From Promethearchaeota archaeon (GTDB taxonomy: Archaea > Asgardarchaeota > Lokiarchaeia > Sigyniarchaeales > SOKP01), in the NCBI GenBank assembly GCA_016840165.1, contig JAEOSU010000051.1, positions 192,001 to 256,000 of the forward strand: a stretch of DNA of 64,000 bases, written 5' to 3'. Both the position numbers and the translations under genes were made by a program. The notes under the pieces were generated by a model. That model was not told the DNA's origin. It worked only from the letters and a program-made list of their open reading frames with translations, and ran no database searches. Positions 50,327 through 60,350 of the stretch are shown piece after piece; the first letter of the stretch is position 1, and every line of letters starts with the position of its first letter.

Positions 50327-51685
50327 TTATAAAGAGAATTTTTCTATTAAATAATTCTTGAAATCTTTATACTCTTTAATTATTTTTTGGTCAAGGAATT
50401 CTTTCCTTTTTGTCATCTTTTTTAAAGAATTTGGCATCTCTGGGGTGACATTAGTCAATGAAATTATCTCATTTGGAAATTTTGATGGATGAGCAGTTTC
50501 AAATGTTATTGATTTAAGATTATTATGTTCTGGATAAGTTTTGCGAAAAATATTAATAGCAGCCCAGCCTACAGCACCATGGGGCTCGATTATTTTCTGA
50601 TAGTTGTTAAAAAAACTAATGATGGTCTCTCTAGTAGAATTATCGTTTATTGAATATGAAATGATATCTTTACGAATTTCGTCTATATCTGGTAGATGAT
50701 GAACTTTTCCAGTCTCATCTATTCTACCTCCGTAAAGATCAAATATTCTTGCCAAATTAGAAGGATGACCCACATTCATAGCATTAGAAATACAATTTTT
50801 TGAAGGCTCGATTTTTTTATAAATTCCGGTTTTTAAAAATTGAGGAAATTCATCGTTCTCATTGACAGCTGAAATAAATCTCTTAACAGGGAGCCCCATT
50901 CTCTTAGCGATTAAACCTGCTGTAAGATTTCCGAAATTACCAGAAGGTACAGAAAACAATATCTCCTCGTTTTTTCTTTCAATAATACGCGAATAACTCC
51001 AGAAATAATATAGCGTTTGAGGGAATAAACGACCAAAATTTATCGAATTCGCAGAAGATAAGTTAAGTTGCTTTAAGTCTCCATCAGCAAAGGCATTCTT
51101 TACTAATCTTTGACAATCGTCAAATTTCCCATCAATCCCTAAAGTAATGACATTTCTACCTAAGGTAGTCATTTGTTTTCTTTGTAGAGTAGTGATTTCA
51201 TTCCGGGGATATAAAACCACCACTTTAATTCTGGGCATTTTATAAAAAGCCTGCGCAACCGCGCCTCCTGTATCTCCTGAGGTCGCAGTCAAAATAGTTA
51301 AATTTTTATTATCATTTTCAAGGAAATATTCCATTATCGTAGCTAGTATTCTAGCTCCAAAATCTTTGAAGCTACAGGTAGGACCATTATCTAAATAACA
51401 TATATAATCATTATTTTCAACTTTTTCTATAGGAATTTTAAAATTTAGAGCTTCATTAATGATCTTTTTGAGATCCGCTTTTTTTATACTATTCTCTATG
51501 AATCTAGAAATAATATTAAGAGCAATCTCAATAAAATTCATGTTTCTAAAAGAATAAAGAGTCTCTTGATCAATTCTTGGAATTTCATTTAGCATATATA
51601 AACCATTATCGATAGCTTGCCCTTTCAGAATTGCAGTTTTAAAATCTATCTCCCCTGAATTATAATTAGTAGAATGGAATTTCAT
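50327..51685 (-). CDS. thrC: Threonine synthase
   Basis: GPTCSFKDFG, TATSGDTG, SANSINFGR, VPSGNFGN, TAHPSKF. Confidence 0.95.
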   Translation of the reverse strand: MKFHSTNYNSGEIDFKTAILKGQAIDNGLYMLNEIPRIDQETLYSFRNMNFIEIALNIISRFIENSIKKADLKKIINEALNFKIPIEKVENNDYICYLDNGPTCSFKDFGARILATIMEYFLENDNKNLTILTATSGDTGGAVAQAFYKMPRIKVVVLYPRNEITTLQRKQMTTLGRNVITLGIDGKFDDCQRLVKNAFADGDLKQLNLSSANSINFGRLFPQTLYYFWSYSRIIERKNEEILFSVPSGNFGNLTAGLIAKRMGLPVKRFISAVNENDEFPQFLKTGIYKKIEPSKNCISNAMNVGHPSNLARIFDLYGGRIDETGKVHHLPDIDEIRKDIISYSINDNSTRETIISFFNNYQKIIEPHGAVGWAAINIFRKTYPEHNNLKSITFETAHPSKFPNEIISLTNVTPEMPNSLKKMTKRKEFLDQKIIKEYKDFKNYLIEKFSL

Positions 51686-51696
51686 TTTACATCTCT

Positions 51697-52716
51697 TTAA
51701 TTACTACCAATTTTTTTCCTTTCTTTAATAATATATATTAAATCATTGAGTATTGCAGAACCTGCTTCGAAACCTCCCGCTCCTTTTCCTATTAAAATTA
51801 CAGGACCTGCGTACTGAGTTTGAAGTTCGATTATGTTAAGAGTTCCACTAATATTTAGGGGGGAGCCTTTTTTAATCATCCGTGGTTCTACAATTAGATT
51901 ATCATTTTCAGCAATAGCTAAATGTTTAACTACATAACCGTCTAATTTAGCCAGCTTTATAGCGTTTGGCGTTATCTTTGTGATTCCTTCAATTTTTGCA
52001 TCTTTGATAGTTTTAGTCCATCCAAGTAATTCATTTGCCAGTATTACTAATTTACCGGCTGCGTCAAATCCTCCCACATCTAAATTAGGGTTAGCCTCGG
52101 CATAGCCTAACTCTTGCGCTTCTTTAAGTGCTATTTCAAAAGGTATATTCTCAGATGTCATTCGACTTAAAATATAGTTACTTGTACCATTTAGGATCGC
52201 TTTAATTTGAGTGATCTTATTTCCTATGAGATTTTCCTTAATAGATAAGGCAGGTATACAACTTGCCACTGTGGCTTCATATCTTATGAAACATTTATTA
52301 TCATTAGCTAATTCTTTAATTCTTTTATATTCTAAAAAAAATGGAGCTTTATTTGAGGAAATCACATCAATTTTGTTATTTAACGCTTCTATAATATGTG
52401 TAAGTGCAGGTTCTCCTGTATTTGGATTTGTTGGTGTAGCATCTATACAAACATCTAGATTTAATTTAGAGATTAAATCTTTTGCCTTAAGATTTTTTTT
52501 CCAAAATTTATTTTCTCTAAAATCGATACTATCGTTTAACAATTCATCTAAAATTAATCCATCTTCATTAATTAGGGCTCCATCGCGTTCAAAAATAGCC
52601 AATAGTTTACATTCACAATTATAACGTTCTTTTATTATCTCTTTTTTTCTTTTTAATAATTCGAGAAAACTTGTCCCCACAGTGCCCTTTCCTATCAAAC
52701 AGATTTTTAATTCCAT
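51697..52716 (-). CDS. hom: Homoserine dehydrogenase
   Basis: GKGTVG, SNKAP, YEATV, ILNGTSN, AQELGYAE, GKGAG. Confidence 0.95.
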   Translation of the reverse strand: MELKICLIGKGTVGTSFLELLKRKKEIIKERYNCECKLLAIFERDGALINEDGLILDELLNDSIDFRENKFWKKNLKAKDLISKLNLDVCIDATPTNPNTGEPALTHIIEALNNKIDVISSNKAPFFLEYKRIKELANDNKCFIRYEATVASCIPALSIKENLIGNKITQIKAILNGTSNYILSRMTSENIPFEIALKEAQELGYAEANPNLDVGGFDAAGKLVILANELLGWTKTIKDAKIEGITKITPNAIKLAKLDGYVVKHLAIAENDNLIVEPRMIKKGSPLNISGTLNIIELQTQYAGPVILIGKGAGGFEAGSAILNDLIYIIKERKKIGSN

Positions 52717-52732
52717 CTCAATTCGATTTCAT

Positions 52733-53245
52733 TTAAGATTCTATTAAAAAGAGATCTTTCTCTTTACAAATCTTTTCGATTTCATGAATGATACTAATCT
52801 TTTCCATCGATTCAGGAAATTCTAACTTCAGTTTAACGTCACTTATTTTATCTAATCCATTAAATTTAGCTTGTAATTCAATAACCTTAATATCTTTTGA
52901 ATCTAACCGATTAATTGTTTCATTTATATCGGTATCAAAAACATGTCCTGACAGAATAATGGTTACAAACTTATTTTTTGAACCTATAGAAAGTTTTGTG
53001 ATTTCAATTTTTTTTTCGGTTAGTTCTTTTCGGATATTAAAAATTGATGTATCCATGAGCTCCTTGTTTAACTCAAACCAAACATTTACGGGAATCATAT
53101 TATTTATTTTTTTATCGTGATTGTGTAATATACCATAAATGTTTCCACCATTCTGGGAGATGGGTTTAATCATCTCTATTAAACTTCCCGGTATATCTGG
53201 TAATTTAACTTCGAGATAAATCATAGTAATTATTACATTACTCAC
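52733..53245 (-). CDS. ACT-domain allosteric regulator of homoserine dehydrogenase (archaeal type)
   Basis: LPDIPGSL...PIS..GGNI, GHVFDTDI..TI; immediately upstream of hom. Confidence 0.8.
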   Translation of the reverse strand: MSNVIITMIYLEVKLPDIPGSLIEMIKPISQNGGNIYGILHNHDKKINNMIPVNVWFELNKELMDTSIFNIRKELTEKKIEITKLSIGSKNKFVTIILSGHVFDTDINETINRLDSKDIKVIELQAKFNGLDKISDVKLKLEFPESMEKISIIHEIEKICKEKDLFLIES

Positions 53246-53357
53246 TTTTGATGAAGAATATCTTAATAATTTATTTTAATTTATTAATCTCTTTCTAATT
53301 TACAACTAGTCTATCCAAGTCTACTTTTTAATCTTTCGAATTAAAAATTATGAAATC

Positions 53358-54131
53358 TTAAAATAATTTTGAGTTGAATTCAAGTAATTTGTCTTGTATT
53401 TTATTTTTTATTTCTTTTATTAAATTCACTTTAATATCATCAGGTATATATTCCAAATATTCATTTACTTCATGTTGAAGGATGGGATCAATCTGATCGA
53501 TAATGAGTTCAAATATATCATGACGCTTTAAATAATATTTTTTGAACGATTCAATATATCTCCAATTCAGTTTTTTTAACCAGATCCTACCCTTATTTTC
53601 GAGACTAACTATGATTTTCTTAGCTTTAGACTCATTAAAGTGGCTAAATTCATAGTTATGATCAGAAAGGATTTCCTTAAAATGATTTAATATTTCACTT
53701 TTTTGTTTTGCCTTCAAATCTGTATTAGAATTAAGAAATGTAATGATAATAAAATCTAATAGAAAATAAATTTGAGCTTTAATATTGGAACCATAAATTT
53801 CAAGGTGGGATAAATTTTGAATATTAGTTTGCCCAGCAAATACTTTAAAAGAACTAAAATACATAGAAATTAAATCAATTTCCAATAAATTCTTATCAGT
53901 CTCTGAAAGATAGGTTTTAATTGGCTCATAAATCGCTCCATTTTCTGACTCATATTCATAGATCATTATCGCATTACCATATTGATCAGCAACTATAAAA
54001 CCTATGATTGGAGGTATTATATTAAAATTAGATGCCCGAAATTTACTATCTAATAGTTGATTTTTTATGAGAGAGAATTTATTTGTATAAACATGATTGT
54101 TTTTTGTCGGATAATATCCTTGATTTACCAT
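53358..54131 (-). CDS. Longin/roadblock-like domain protein
   Basis: GFIVADQYGNAIMIYE...DLISMYFSSFKVFA...LEI...IIITFL pattern, followed by a helical tail. Confidence 0.5.
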   Translation of the reverse strand: MVNQGYYPTKNNHVYTNKFSLIKNQLLDSKFRASNFNIIPPIIGFIVADQYGNAIMIYEYESENGAIYEPIKTYLSETDKNLLEIDLISMYFSSFKVFAGQTNIQNLSHLEIYGSNIKAQIYFLLDFIIITFLNSNTDLKAKQKSEILNHFKEILSDHNYEFSHFNESKAKKIIVSLENKGRIWLKKLNWRYIESFKKYYLKRHDIFELIIDQIDPILQHEVNEYLEYIPDDIKVNLIKEIKNKIQDKLLEFNSKLF

Positions 54132-54260
54132 TGCGTTATCTCTGAAAACAATGTGGACATAGTTAATTAAAAGTATATACAGAAATGCAGATATTGTTAT
54201 AAAATTACAAGGGAGTGCAAATTTTTATAAAAAACATATCACTCATGTGATATATTGTAA

Positions 54261-55061
54261 TTAGTCTTTTTGATTACCATTGATCCAATTTTTAATCGCA
54301 ACTTTAACAGAGCGACGCATTTCTATAGAAAAATCAGCTCCTAACTTTTCAAAATAAATTTGTTGCCCAAAATTTTCAGCATAATCAATTATGCGTTTTC
54401 TTTCGACTCCTTCGAACATATTTTTATAATCTTCTCTACTCAGTTGATGGTATATATTTTCATGAACAATATAATCCACAGGAAAACGATTTGTAAGCGG
54501 AATTTTATCTTTATCTCCTTTTGGATGTCCAAAACAAATTAAAGTTATTGGAAAAACCCATCTTGGTAATTTAAGAAGTTCTTGGTGAGTTTCATAATTC
54601 TCCATAATGTCACCGATATAGCATGACCCAATTCCTAGAGCCTCAGCAGCTATCACGGCATTCTGGGCAGCAATTAAAGCATCACAACATGCTAAGAGTA
54701 AATCAGATTCTTGAGGTTTCTCAAAATTCACATGCATTTCATTGCATTTTTTTTGAACATCACAAAGTTCAAAATAGTTCCACCACCTCTGCATATCTGC
54801 TAAAAAGATTAAAACTAAAGGCGCTTTTGCTATATGGGGTTGATTATCACAGCTAATTGCCAACTTTTCCTTCAATTTCTGGTCCGTTACTTTTAAAATA
54901 GAGTATAACATCAAATTTCCCGCAGTAGGAGCTCTTATCGCGGCCCTAATAATGATTTTCTCATCTTCCTGACTTATAGGTTTTGCACTGTAAGCACGTA
55001 TAGTCCTTCTTTTATTAAGTAACTCAATAGTCTTATTATCAGGACTTTTTTTTTTCATCAA
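54261..55061 (-). CDS. Nitroreductase family (NfsA-like) flavoprotein
   Basis: RRTIRAY, APTAGN, AAEALGIGSCYIG, FGHP. Confidence 0.9.
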   Translation of the reverse strand: MMKKKSPDNKTIELLNKRRTIRAYSAKPISQEDEKIIIRAAIRAPTAGNLMLYSILKVTDQKLKEKLAISCDNQPHIAKAPLVLIFLADMQRWWNYFELCDVQKKCNEMHVNFEKPQESDLLLACCDALIAAQNAVIAAEALGIGSCYIGDIMENYETHQELLKLPRWVFPITLICFGHPKGDKDKIPLTNRFPVDYIVHENIYHQLSREDYKNMFEGVERKRIIDYAENFGQQIYFEKLGADFSIEMRRSVKVAIKNWINGNQKD

Positions 55062-55078
55062 AAGTATAATTCCTTAAT

Positions 55079-55924
55079 TTATAATAGTATATTTAATATT
55101 GCTTTAGAACCCCCAACCTTATCCAAATATTCAGCATGAGAATCAATGGAAACAAATTTTTGCTTATATTCAGAAAAGTCCATTTTTAGATATTTTTGAA
55201 TGTGCAATGCATCAAAAGTATAACGGTCATAGCAAGAAGTAGGATGAGCTCCAAATGGTAATTTTACGACTGCTTTGGTAGTTTGCATAGGTAATTGAGC
55301 TTTTCCTGGAAGATATCTTATATCTTCAGTTTCCACTAACCTCTCGCAAGTAATAATAGTTCTTTTTGCTGTTTTTGCCATATCATCATCCATCCAGACC
55401 GCACCAGGAATATTTGCATTACCAAATTCATCAGCATAAGGAACATGGAGTATTGCTACGTCTAGATCTATTTTCGGAAGTGCCATTAATTTTGTTCCTG
55501 AACCTAAGGGATCTTCAAATTCTTTAATGTCATCTCGAACTTTTGGAAAGTCCGTTCCAATTATTCCTTTAAGCGGCATAAAAGGAACTTTTAAATATGA
55601 ACATTTTAAACCTAGTGCAATAGAAGCCTCGCTCTCTTCTGAGATAGTAACATTTCCTGATTCAACGGCTTTTCGGTAATGGGGAGCCATACCAAACATT
55701 TCCATGCCTACAAAACAAGCTTTCACTTTTGAAATACAACCTCCGGCTATTAGCATATCTACTTCTATTCCCCCTACAAACGTACAGACCGTGAGGTTTT
55801 TCTTTTCTTGTCTAATGATCTCGCGGACAGCAGCCATAGGTTTTCGCCAAAATGAGAGCCCTCCAAAACCAACTATATTTCCGTCTTCAATATTATCAGA
55901 AATTGCTTCTTCTAATGACATCAA
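55079..55924 (-). CDS. Family I CoA-transferase-like alpha subunit (GctA/IpdA-like)
   Basis: SLEEAI, GG..F.RKPMA, PFMP..G..GTD, ADEFGN, PFGAHP. Confidence 0.85.
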   Translation of the reverse strand: MMSLEEAISDNIEDGNIVGFGGLSFWRKPMAAVREIIRQEKKNLTVCTFVGGIEVDMLIAGGCISKVKACFVGMEMFGMAPHYRKAVESGNVTISEESEASIALGLKCSYLKVPFMPLKGIIGTDFPKVRDDIKEFEDPLGSGTKLMALPKIDLDVAILHVPYADEFGNANIPGAVWMDDDMAKTAKRTIITCERLVETEDIRYLPGKAQLPMQTTKAVVKLPFGAHPTSCYDRYTFDALHIQKYLKMDFSEYKQKFVSIDSHAEYLDKVGGSKAILNILL

Positions 55925-56175
55925 TTTCGACTCTATTTCTAATCCCCTTATCTTATTTTTTTCTTTAGTGTTTTAAAAGAATAATTAGAAAAAATAGTTA
56001 TTATGTTAAAAATATTTTTTACAGATTATAATAGATAATGTTAATTCATTTTAGATGAAATAAGTCAAGTTTCTGAAAAATTGATACTTGAATTGAATAA
56101 ATACATTTTTATACCATAAACCGATAAAATTATCGTTAAAATAATATTTTTAGAGATGTAATTTCGGAGATTCTC

Positions 56176-59100
56176 TTGATAGTCATTACTTTAAGTCATT
56201 TAAAACCATTTTTTAGACCATATATCTTTTTAAAAATACCAGATTCGGTTGAGAAGGATAAGCTTAGTCAAATCCCATTCTTAATGCAAATGTATGATAC
56301 TGGTTTTTTTAAGCATCTCTTTGGAACATTTAAAACAGCAAACTTATTATTTGAAATCCCCAGTGAATATTCAAGAACAAATAAAGAACAATTATTAATT
56401 TCAATAATAATTGATAAAAAAGACAAATTTAATACTGAATTAACGCAGAAGCTTTTAGAAGAGTTTGTTAAAGAATTTAAAAAAATTGAATCAGCTTTTA
56501 AAGCTTTTTATATCGACTCTCAAGTTTATAAAGGAGATATGGATAAGTATAATAAAGTTAAGAATCTATTAGATACTTTCTATATCACCTTTCCTAAGAA
56601 AGATGTAATATTTGAGCAAAAAGAAGCAAATGTGTTAGTTTTTGGTTTATATCTAGCTGGAAAAACTACACTCATAAGATGTAGACGAAAATCAATATCA
56701 AAAACTATATTTCCGACTATAAGTGTAGATATTTCTAGGATTTTAGTTAACAATGTCTCTTTATTAACATATGATACTCCTGGGCAATCTAAATTTAAAG
56801 AGATATGGAAACCATATCTAAAAAATCAAGATGGGTTAATTTTTGTGCTAGATATTACTGACAAAATTAAATTCCCGGATGCTTTCGCGCTATTAAATGA
56901 GATCGCAGGTCATCCAGAATTAAAAGAACTGCCCTTGCTCATTCTTTTCAATAAAATAGATTTAGAAAAACCGGATACCAATGAGATTAATGATCTAATA
57001 AACGCAATGGATTTAGAAAAGTTAGGGAAGCGCCCGATAAAATACTTTTTAACAAGTGGGATTAAAAATATAAACGTGGATGAAGCTTTTAACTGGTTAT
57101 CTTTAAAACTATCAGAAAGACTTGAGACATATGTTCCAAGGAGTGAGGTCGGAATAATTTTTTGTAGATGGGATGAAAATCTTGGCGTAAAGATTGAATT
57201 TGCATATCCTGAAGATGCATTCGAAGACCCTGAGTTAATCTCAATAAAGAGTTTTTCTGTTTCACAATTCTTTATAGCAGGTGCAGAATTAAAACAAAGA
57301 TCTGTTATTCTTCCCTTTCCTCATTTAAATTCATATGCTGCCGTTTATTTTGATTACATTCCAGATGAGAGTATTAGGGGCGGATTATTACCTTTATGCC
57401 TTATCGTATATTATAATGAAAACTTTCCAAAAGAAATTATTAGCCATTTTAATAATTATATTTACGAATTGTTTGATAACATAAAGAATAATTACCATGA
57501 TAAAAGTAACATCATTAATTTAATCAAGTCAGCACAAAACGCAATAATAAATCAAATTGAGCAATTTAGACCCTCAATTGAAACTCTAAAGTTGGCTGAA
57601 TTACGATATGAAGCTTTATTTAGAGCCGCGCGAGATGCAATCTTAATTATAGATCGACGCTCGGGCATTATAATCGATGCTAACAAACAAGCAGAAAAGT
57701 TATTCCAATTGCCTTTTGAAGATTTTATTGCCCTCCATTCAAGTCAGCTACTTACAGATGATATTAGTGTTGATTTTTACGAAAGAATTATTATACAGAT
57801 TGAAAACCCCGTACCTTTAATTACAAACATTATAAGTATATCCGGTAATCTTGTTCCTGTTGAAATTAGCGTAAATGAGATAAAAGTAGGTCAGCAATTA
57901 TTAGTTCAGTGTATAATCAGAGATATTAGTAAGAGAATTGAGACTGAGCGAAAGTTATGGGAATCTGAAAATAAGTATCGACACCTATTCCAAGATTCTC
58001 CTTTTTCAATACTTTTAATCGATTCTAAAGGAGTTGTGGTTGATTGTAATCCCGCATTTGAAATATCCTTAGGATATAAAAAAGGGGAATTAATAGGGAA
58101 AAAATTTGTTGAACTTTCCCTTATTCAAGAGGATTATTTAATCAATCTACTTAATAGATTTAAAAAAGATAAAAAAGATCGAATTTTTTCTCCAATCGAA
58201 ATTCAACTTTATAAAAAAGATGGAAGTCTCATCTGGGCGTTAATGCAGACATCTATCGTCAAAATTGAGAATCAAACATACCATCAAACAATCTGTCAAG
58301 AAATTACAGAAAAGAAGAAAATAGAACAAGATCTCGCCAAAATTTTGAAGTTCTTAACAATAATCACTCGCATTATATCAAAATTTATTGGAGTTAAAAA
58401 TGTCAATAAAGCAATCTATGAATCTCTCAGAGAGATTGGGGACTTCATTAATTCAAATAGAATCTTTCTCTATATCTTCAATGAAAAATATAGTTTTATT
58501 GATAGATCCTTTATATGGTATTCAAAAGTGACATATCCGCAGTTAGAACCTCTTAAAAAAATAGACTCTAACAGTTTTCCTTGGTTAAATGAGAAACTTA
58601 AGACTAATGACTATTTCTATATACAAAATATAGATGATCTTCCAAGTACAGCAAAATCTATAAAGTCATTCCTTCAAGATCAAAATATTATGAATTGTCT
58701 TGTATATTCAATTAAAATTAATGATGTGCTAGAAGGTTTAATTTTCTTTGGGAATATTTTAGACGATGATTATTGGGGATTTAAACGTTTCGATACTCTA
58801 TGTATTTTTCCTGAGATCCTTGTAAATGTCATAGAGCGTGAAGTAATTCAGGAAGGTGTACTTATGAGTGAACAAGAATTTCACCGCCAATTTGATCAGG
58901 AATATTTCTATCGAGAACTCTTTGTAAATGACATTTATAATATAGTTAACAGTCTTTTAACTCTAATTGAGGAGTTTAGTAAGCAACAATCTCAATTTCC
59001 AACAACTTTTTCAAAAAATTGGTTAAATAATGTTATTAGTCAATGTACAAATAGTTTACAGTTAATCTCAATTATCCGTACACTAACTCTTCTTAATGAA

Positions 59101-59556
59101 TCAAAAATAGTAATAAAACGAGTTGATATCAAGGAAATAATTGAGGATGTCTTAGATTATTTTGTAAAAGTATATATAAATAAAAAGATAAACCTAACAA
59201 TCGAAATCCCAGATGAGAATATTTATCTTTTAGCTGATGATTTCTTATTTGACGTTTTTACAAACATTATATTTAGCTCCATAAAATATAATCCAAATCC
59301 ATTAGTTGATTTTAAAATAATAATTTATCGAACACTTCAAGATAACATAAATTATGTTAAAATTGAATTTGTAGATTATAAGAGTGAAATTTCCCATATA
59401 CAAAAGGAAACTCTGTTAATAAAAGACATTGAGAAAGATAGTAACATTAAGGAACTTCTCATAGGTTTCCTTTTGGTTGAACAAATTTTAAATAACTATA
59501 ATGGTAAAATCTGGGTTGAAGGAGGCAATTTTGTGATTATGATTCCTGAAGGGTGA
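56176..59556 (+). CDS. Multidomain signalling protein: uDENN/longin-like, Arf-like GTPase, uDENN/longin-like, PAS, PAS, GAF, degenerate histidine kinase
   Basis: G1 GLYLAGKTT (56644), G2 FPTI, G3 DTPGQ (56773), G4 NKID (56950), G5 TSG; RWDENLGVKIEFAYP; PAS ends IIRDIS and CQEIT; H-box FVNDIYN; GKIWVE. Confidence 0.8.
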   Translation: MIVITLSHLKPFFRPYIFLKIPDSVEKDKLSQIPFLMQMYDTGFFKHLFGTFKTANLLFEIPSEYSRTNKEQLLISIIIDKKDKFNTELTQKLLEEFVKEFKKIESAFKAFYIDSQVYKGDMDKYNKVKNLLDTFYITFPKKDVIFEQKEANVLVFGLYLAGKTTLIRCRRKSISKTIFPTISVDISRILVNNVSLLTYDTPGQSKFKEIWKPYLKNQDGLIFVLDITDKIKFPDAFALLNEIAGHPELKELPLLILFNKIDLEKPDTNEINDLINAMDLEKLGKRPIKYFLTSGIKNINVDEAFNWLSLKLSERLETYVPRSEVGIIFCRWDENLGVKIEFAYPEDAFEDPELISIKSFSVSQFFIAGAELKQRSVILPFPHLNSYAAVYFDYIPDESIRGGLLPLCLIVYYNENFPKEIISHFNNYIYELFDNIKNNYHDKSNIINLIKSAQNAIINQIEQFRPSIETLKLAELRYEALFRAARDAILIIDRRSGIIIDANKQAEKLFQLPFEDFIALHSSQLLTDDISVDFYERIIIQIENPVPLITNIISISGNLVPVEISVNEIKVGQQLLVQCIIRDISKRIETERKLWESENKYRHLFQDSPFSILLIDSKGVVVDCNPAFEISLGYKKGELIGKKFVELSLIQEDYLINLLNRFKKDKKDRIFSPIEIQLYKKDGSLIWALMQTSIVKIENQTYHQTICQEITEKKKIEQDLAKILKFLTIITRIISKFIGVKNVNKAIYESLREIGDFINSNRIFLYIFNEKYSFIDRSFIWYSKVTYPQLEPLKKIDSNSFPWLNEKLKTNDYFYIQNIDDLPSTAKSIKSFLQDQNIMNCLVYSIKINDVLEGLIFFGNILDDDYWGFKRFDTLCIFPEILVNVIEREVIQEGVLMSEQEFHRQFDQEYFYRELFVNDIYNIVNSLLTLIEEFSKQQSQFPTTFSKNWLNNVISQCTNSLQLISIIRTLTLLNESKIVIKRVDIKEIIEDVLDYFVKVYINKKINLTIEIPDENIYLLADDFLFDVFTNIIFSSIKYNPNPLVDFKIIIYRTLQDNINYVKIEFVDYKSEISHIQKETLLIKDIEKDSNIKELLIGFLLVEQILNNYNGKIWVEGGNFVIMIPEG

Positions 59557-59571
59557 TATCCACACCAGACA

Positions 59572-60339
59572 TCAATCTTTCTTAACTTTCTCTAATTGCT
59601 TTTTTAATTTTACAAAAAAATCTGGAGTTGAGATTTGGAATGGTATTGGATATCTTGTTCCTGCTTTATGTGTTTTTTCCATTCCAGATAAAATCTCATT
59701 CACTAGACTAAATGGTATGGATGCAATCAAGTCATTATCGGTTGCATTACCAAATCGACGATCACCTAAACAAGGGAAGGCAATTTGGAGATCTCGAGTG
59801 AGGAGTGTCTTAGTTATCGTATCAGCACATACTCCATCGCAAAAAGTAGACAAATTTACCCTTCCTCCCCTTTTCCAGAGATATCCTTGAATAATTCGCA
59901 TCATCTGAGCAGAATTTCCCCAGATTAATATTAAATCCGGTTCATAGTCTACGCGTCCTAATGCTCCGCTAACTATCGCCTTATATTCATTCGTAGGTAA
60001 TCTTGGCATGCTTGCGGTTGTCAATTTTGCAGCTTGTTTAGTTTCGTTATAACGTCCAATAAAAAATGCCCCTTCTTCAAAAAGGTCATGAGGCTCTTCA
60101 AAACCCAGAGTGATACCTGCTAATGGACATATATTTTCCTCACCAGTACATCCCATTGTCCATCCATAGTAACGAGAATAGCTAAATAGTTGACAAATAA
60201 TAATATCTTCTTCTGGTTTTTTAAGGAACTTAATTTCCTTTAATTTTTCTAGATCTTTATATAATTTCACAGCTACAGGGAATGTAGCTAGCCTTAGATA
60301 CTTAATTAACTGGGTATCTAAACGTTCCCATTTACTCAT
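59572..60339 (-). CDS. DUF169 family protein
   Basis: PVAVK, ICQ, CPLA...LG, PDLI, GVCAD, PCLGDR. Confidence 0.85.
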   Translation of the reverse strand: MSKWERLDTQLIKYLRLATFPVAVKLYKDLEKLKEIKFLKKPEEDIIICQLFSYSRYYGWTMGCTGEENICPLAGITLGFEEPHDLFEEGAFFIGRYNETKQAAKLTTASMPRLPTNEYKAIVSGALGRVDYEPDLILIWGNSAQMMRIIQGYLWKRGGRVNLSTFCDGVCADTITKTLLTRDLQIAFPCLGDRRFGNATDNDLIASIPFSLVNEILSGMEKTHKAGTRYPIPFQISTPDFFVKLKKQLEKVKKD

Positions 60340-60350
60340 TTTAAATTCCT

